The position numbers and the translations under genes are program-made. DNA of 64,000 bases, from contig MU060042.1 in the NCBI GenBank assembly GCA_013265495.1, positions 5,576,258 through 5,640,257 on the forward strand, written 5' to 3'. Source of the stretch: Vicugna vicugna. Lineage: Eukaryota. Numbering within the stretch: the first letter of the stretch is position 1; each line of letters starts with the position of its first letter. Of the stretch, positions 61,013 to 64,000 are shown piece after piece. The notes beneath the pieces were generated by a model. That model ran no database searches. It was not told where the DNA came from and saw nothing but the letters and a program-made list of their open reading frames with translations.

Positions 61013-62004
61013 TTGTGCGTTTTAAAGCCTGCGTCTGACGGGGCTCGTAGCCTCACCAAAGGCACAAGAGGGTTTAGAACTTTGCCCCAAAGCTGCCACG
61101 TCCACGTCTCAGCTCCCCGAGGATAGTGACAGGCGAAAGGGCCCCTGGACTAAAGGGCACAGCTCTTGACGGCTGCGCAGGAGCGAGGCGGGGTGTGCGT
61201 TATTCCCCTAGAGCCAAGCCCCCCGTGCAAAGGCAGAACAGAGCTCTCAGCGGGGCCAGTCCTCCAGGCTGGAGCTGGGGCAGCAGGCCCTCCCAGCTGC
61301 TCCACTGACACACCTGCCGTCCTGCTGGCACCCGGAGTCCTCCACCAGGTGCAGCTCACCACTTCCAGGACCCCTCATGAGCCAGCCTGTCCCCTCTCCG
61401 AGCCTCCCCGAGGCGACCAAACACTGTAGGGGGGACACGTGCTCCTGGAAAGCCTGCCGTGCCCCTCAAGGGCGTCACTGCTCATCCCCCAGCACCTGCT
61501 CTCCTTCCTCAAGGCCCCAGGTCCTGCCCGTGGAGCGCCCCCGCCCCATGTTTTCTCCTCTCCTGAGTGCCGTGGGCAGCCCCAGCTTCATCTGTTGCAT
61601 TTGCCCAGCGGTTCTCCTAGCGTCCTGGGCTCCTGCCAGAGCCACCCGCGCTGGCACACGCCCCCGACGGAGGTGGCAGTTTCAAAGCCGTTCCAAGCAA
61701 AATCCCTGCGTTTTCCAGGTTCCTGCAGATGTGCCCAGCGCGTCGCTGAGCCTGCCTCCTCCCCCTCATCACACCATTGTCTTCCTTGCACGAGGTTCCT
61801 GCATATCTGCGGTGCCAGAGCACCCGCGGCACCTCGGGGACGCCCCTCTGCACTCAGGCCAGCAGCTCCAGGTAGCCACCTGCACCCGCGGCGTTGCCCG
61901 GGGACCCCCCACAGCACTCTGGGTGTTGTTCCCGGAGCGTGGACACCCCACAGCACTGAGCCGACCACCGTGCACCTGGATCGCATGACTCAACAATCAG
62001 GAGA

Positions 62005-62192
62005 CACACCACTGTATGTAAAACAGATAAACAACAAGGTTCCACTGCACCGCCCAGGGAACCACATTCAACAGCTTGTAATCACTTACAATGAAAAAGA
62101 GTAGGTATGTATAACCGAGTCACCTTGCTGTACCCCGGAAACCAACGTTGTAAACCAACTCTACATCAATTAGAAAGAAAAAAAGAAAAGAA
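62005..62192 (+). mobile_element. L1 3' end fragment
   Basis: 'ctgtatgtaaaacagataaacaacaagg...agggaaccacattcaacagcttgtaatcacttacaatgaaaaaga...taaccgagtcaccttgctgtac...gttgtaaaccaactctacatcaat' plus an A-rich tail. Confidence 0.85.
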
Positions 62193-63959
62193 AATCAGGT
62201 CTGTCCTCCTTTGTGGGAATTTCCAAACCAACCTGCAAACGCTGGCGGTACCTGCAGAGCAGCCGGAGAAACCTGCCCCTCCCCCACGCTAGGTGCAAAA
62301 CCGGCGAGCCCCCGCCTCTCCGGCCCGCTGAGAATGGGCTGCTCTGGTTGTTTTGTGTGAAAATGAGACGCCAGGCGTGAGGGGGAGGCTGGCTGTTGCC
62401 CGAGGCCCACCCACCACTGCGTTTGACCCCCTGTTTCTGTATGTGTTGGAGCCAAAAGGCGTCGGCTGAGAACAGAAGGCTCCAGCCTGGAAGCAAAGAG
62501 CGCAGGAAGGATGGACGCCCTGAACCTCCACGGAGGCGCTCTCCAGACCTCTCCTCCTTCGTCTCTGCAGCGGCCTGAGCGGGTCTTCCGGACTCGGGGT
62601 CCCTGGACTCCCCACTGCGGCCCCGCAGGGCGCCCGCCTGCCATCCTCCGTCTTCCACGCCCGGCACTGGCATCCACACAGCAGGGATCACGCATCCTGG
62701 GGCTGCGGCCTCCTGGGTCCGCCCTGGGTGAGCGAGCTCCCGCTCTGGGGGTGGTCAAGAAGAATTCAAACCCGGACCCCAGTCCTCACTCGCTGGTGGG
62801 CCCCGTGTCCGAGTCCCTGTTTCCTGGTTTCATCCCCCGCCCTGCGGTGCGCTGCAAGGAGGCTGGGGGGCACCTGGCTGCAGGGTCTGGGGCACCCTGG
62901 CTCTGCAGCAGGCAGCTCAGTCCGGCGTCAGCCACCGAGCTCCAGCCCCGGAGCCCTTTCATCCCGAACTGACGCGTGTTTCTGCTCTTCTCTGTCTTCC
63001 TGAATCCGAGAGATTGAATGCAGGCTCCTCACTCTCACGCAAGTCAGCAGTGGGGCGCATGCAGGCATAACCAGGGAGTCACACAAACCCACGCAGAGGA
63101 CTTAGCGTTCATGTGCGCTGACTCCAGTGTCAAGGGACCCCCAAGGAGGGGCGTGGGCAGCCCGGGCCGGGGGCCGTCCTACGGGACTGAGCCCTTAACC
63201 TGCAGACCTGACCCTGCCTCCAGGCAGACAGTGCCAGCACTGGGGTAAAATATGAAATATACAGTGGGTGCTTCGTCTGATCCCTGACAAGTAACTGACA
63301 TGTTCTCTAATAAAACAACGTTTGAGTCTTGCCTTGTAGGTGATGGGAGGGAAACTGAACTATAACTGAACTACTTACATTTCTTTTTTCTCCCAAGACG
63401 GAGCAATTACATCTCAACTCCACTCAGACCAACCACCTAACCGAATCCCACTGAGCCTCCAAGTACCATGAACTTGGACACCTCTCATGCCCCCAGAATG
63501 GGGAGAAATTAAAGGAGAGTAAGAGGCCGTTTCTGCCCCTCCAGCCAGACCCCCAAGTCCTCCCCCAGTCAGGTTTCCCATCAATGGGAAGAGTTATAAA
63601 TGCATTCACCTGGTCAGATACCTGTTAAGTAATTTCTAAACTGAGAAATACTTCATTCTATCAGAACCAGTCCTCAGTATGGAGAGGAGAGCGCTTCCAG
63701 TCTCTAGTCTCTAAAACCACTTCCGTGAAGCCATTCAGCCCGAGCTATGGCTGCTCGAGAAAACCCTGACACTGTGTCCAGGGGTGATTGTGACACCATT
63801 ACGAGCATTAATTTTCAATATAATATGTTATTAAGTCACTGTTCCACATTCACTTTACAGAAGTAAGAGGTCTACCAGAGCCAAACCAAATTTAGGCAAA
63901 GGAATTCTCAAGTAATTTAGTTTAATTGTGAGAGTTGAAAAGTATCACAGATTCTGCCC

Positions 63960-64000
63960 GGTTAATAAACGATCCTGGTTAATGAATGGTTCTGGTTAAA
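63960..64000. repeat. Degenerate 17-bp tandem repeat, truncated by the window end
   Basis: ggttaataaacgatcct | ggttaatgaatggttct | ggttaaa. Confidence 0.55.

Noticed and set aside
1-64000. Assignment to a specific locus (EBF3/C10orf143/GLRX3, ZNF516/SALL3, IRX, SOX1 or PRDM16 flanks were considered)
   Set aside because: No exon of any of these genes was recognisable, so the locus cannot be named without a homology search.
1-64000. CRISPR arrays, rRNA, snRNA, interstitial telomeric arrays, intact transposase or ERV coding regions
   Set aside because: None seen: there are no regularly spaced direct repeats with unique spacers, and only isolated TTAGGG hexamers.

Overview
GC-rich mammalian genomic DNA, most likely from a camelid. 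This is inferred from two tRNA-derived vic-1-type SINEs and artiodactyl-type L1 3' ends. I recognise no named protein-coding gene, RNA gene, CRISPR array or prokaryotic-type system, and nearly all ORFs in the track look like stop-poor artefacts of high GC content. Supported content: a CpG island at about 1.9-2.8 kb; many old interspersed repeats (L1 fragments, L2, MIR, a MER2-type MITE nested in an L1MB, a Tigger4-like fragment, an MLT1 solo LTR); microsatellites; four N runs; a strong CTCF motif; and about a dozen AT-rich, non-repeat islands dense in homeodomain/POU/SOX/FOX/GATA motifs that resemble conserved enhancers of a developmental regulatory landscape. The old repeats show a strong AT-to-GC substitution skew consistent with GC-biased gene conversion, suggesting a subtelomeric setting. 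Two unvalidated, phase-consistent spliced gene models are the main leads: one on the minus strand leaving the CpG island, and one on the plus strand ending at about 28.4 kb. Repeat family names are from remembered consensus sequences, not from a database search. I could not identify the orthologous locus.
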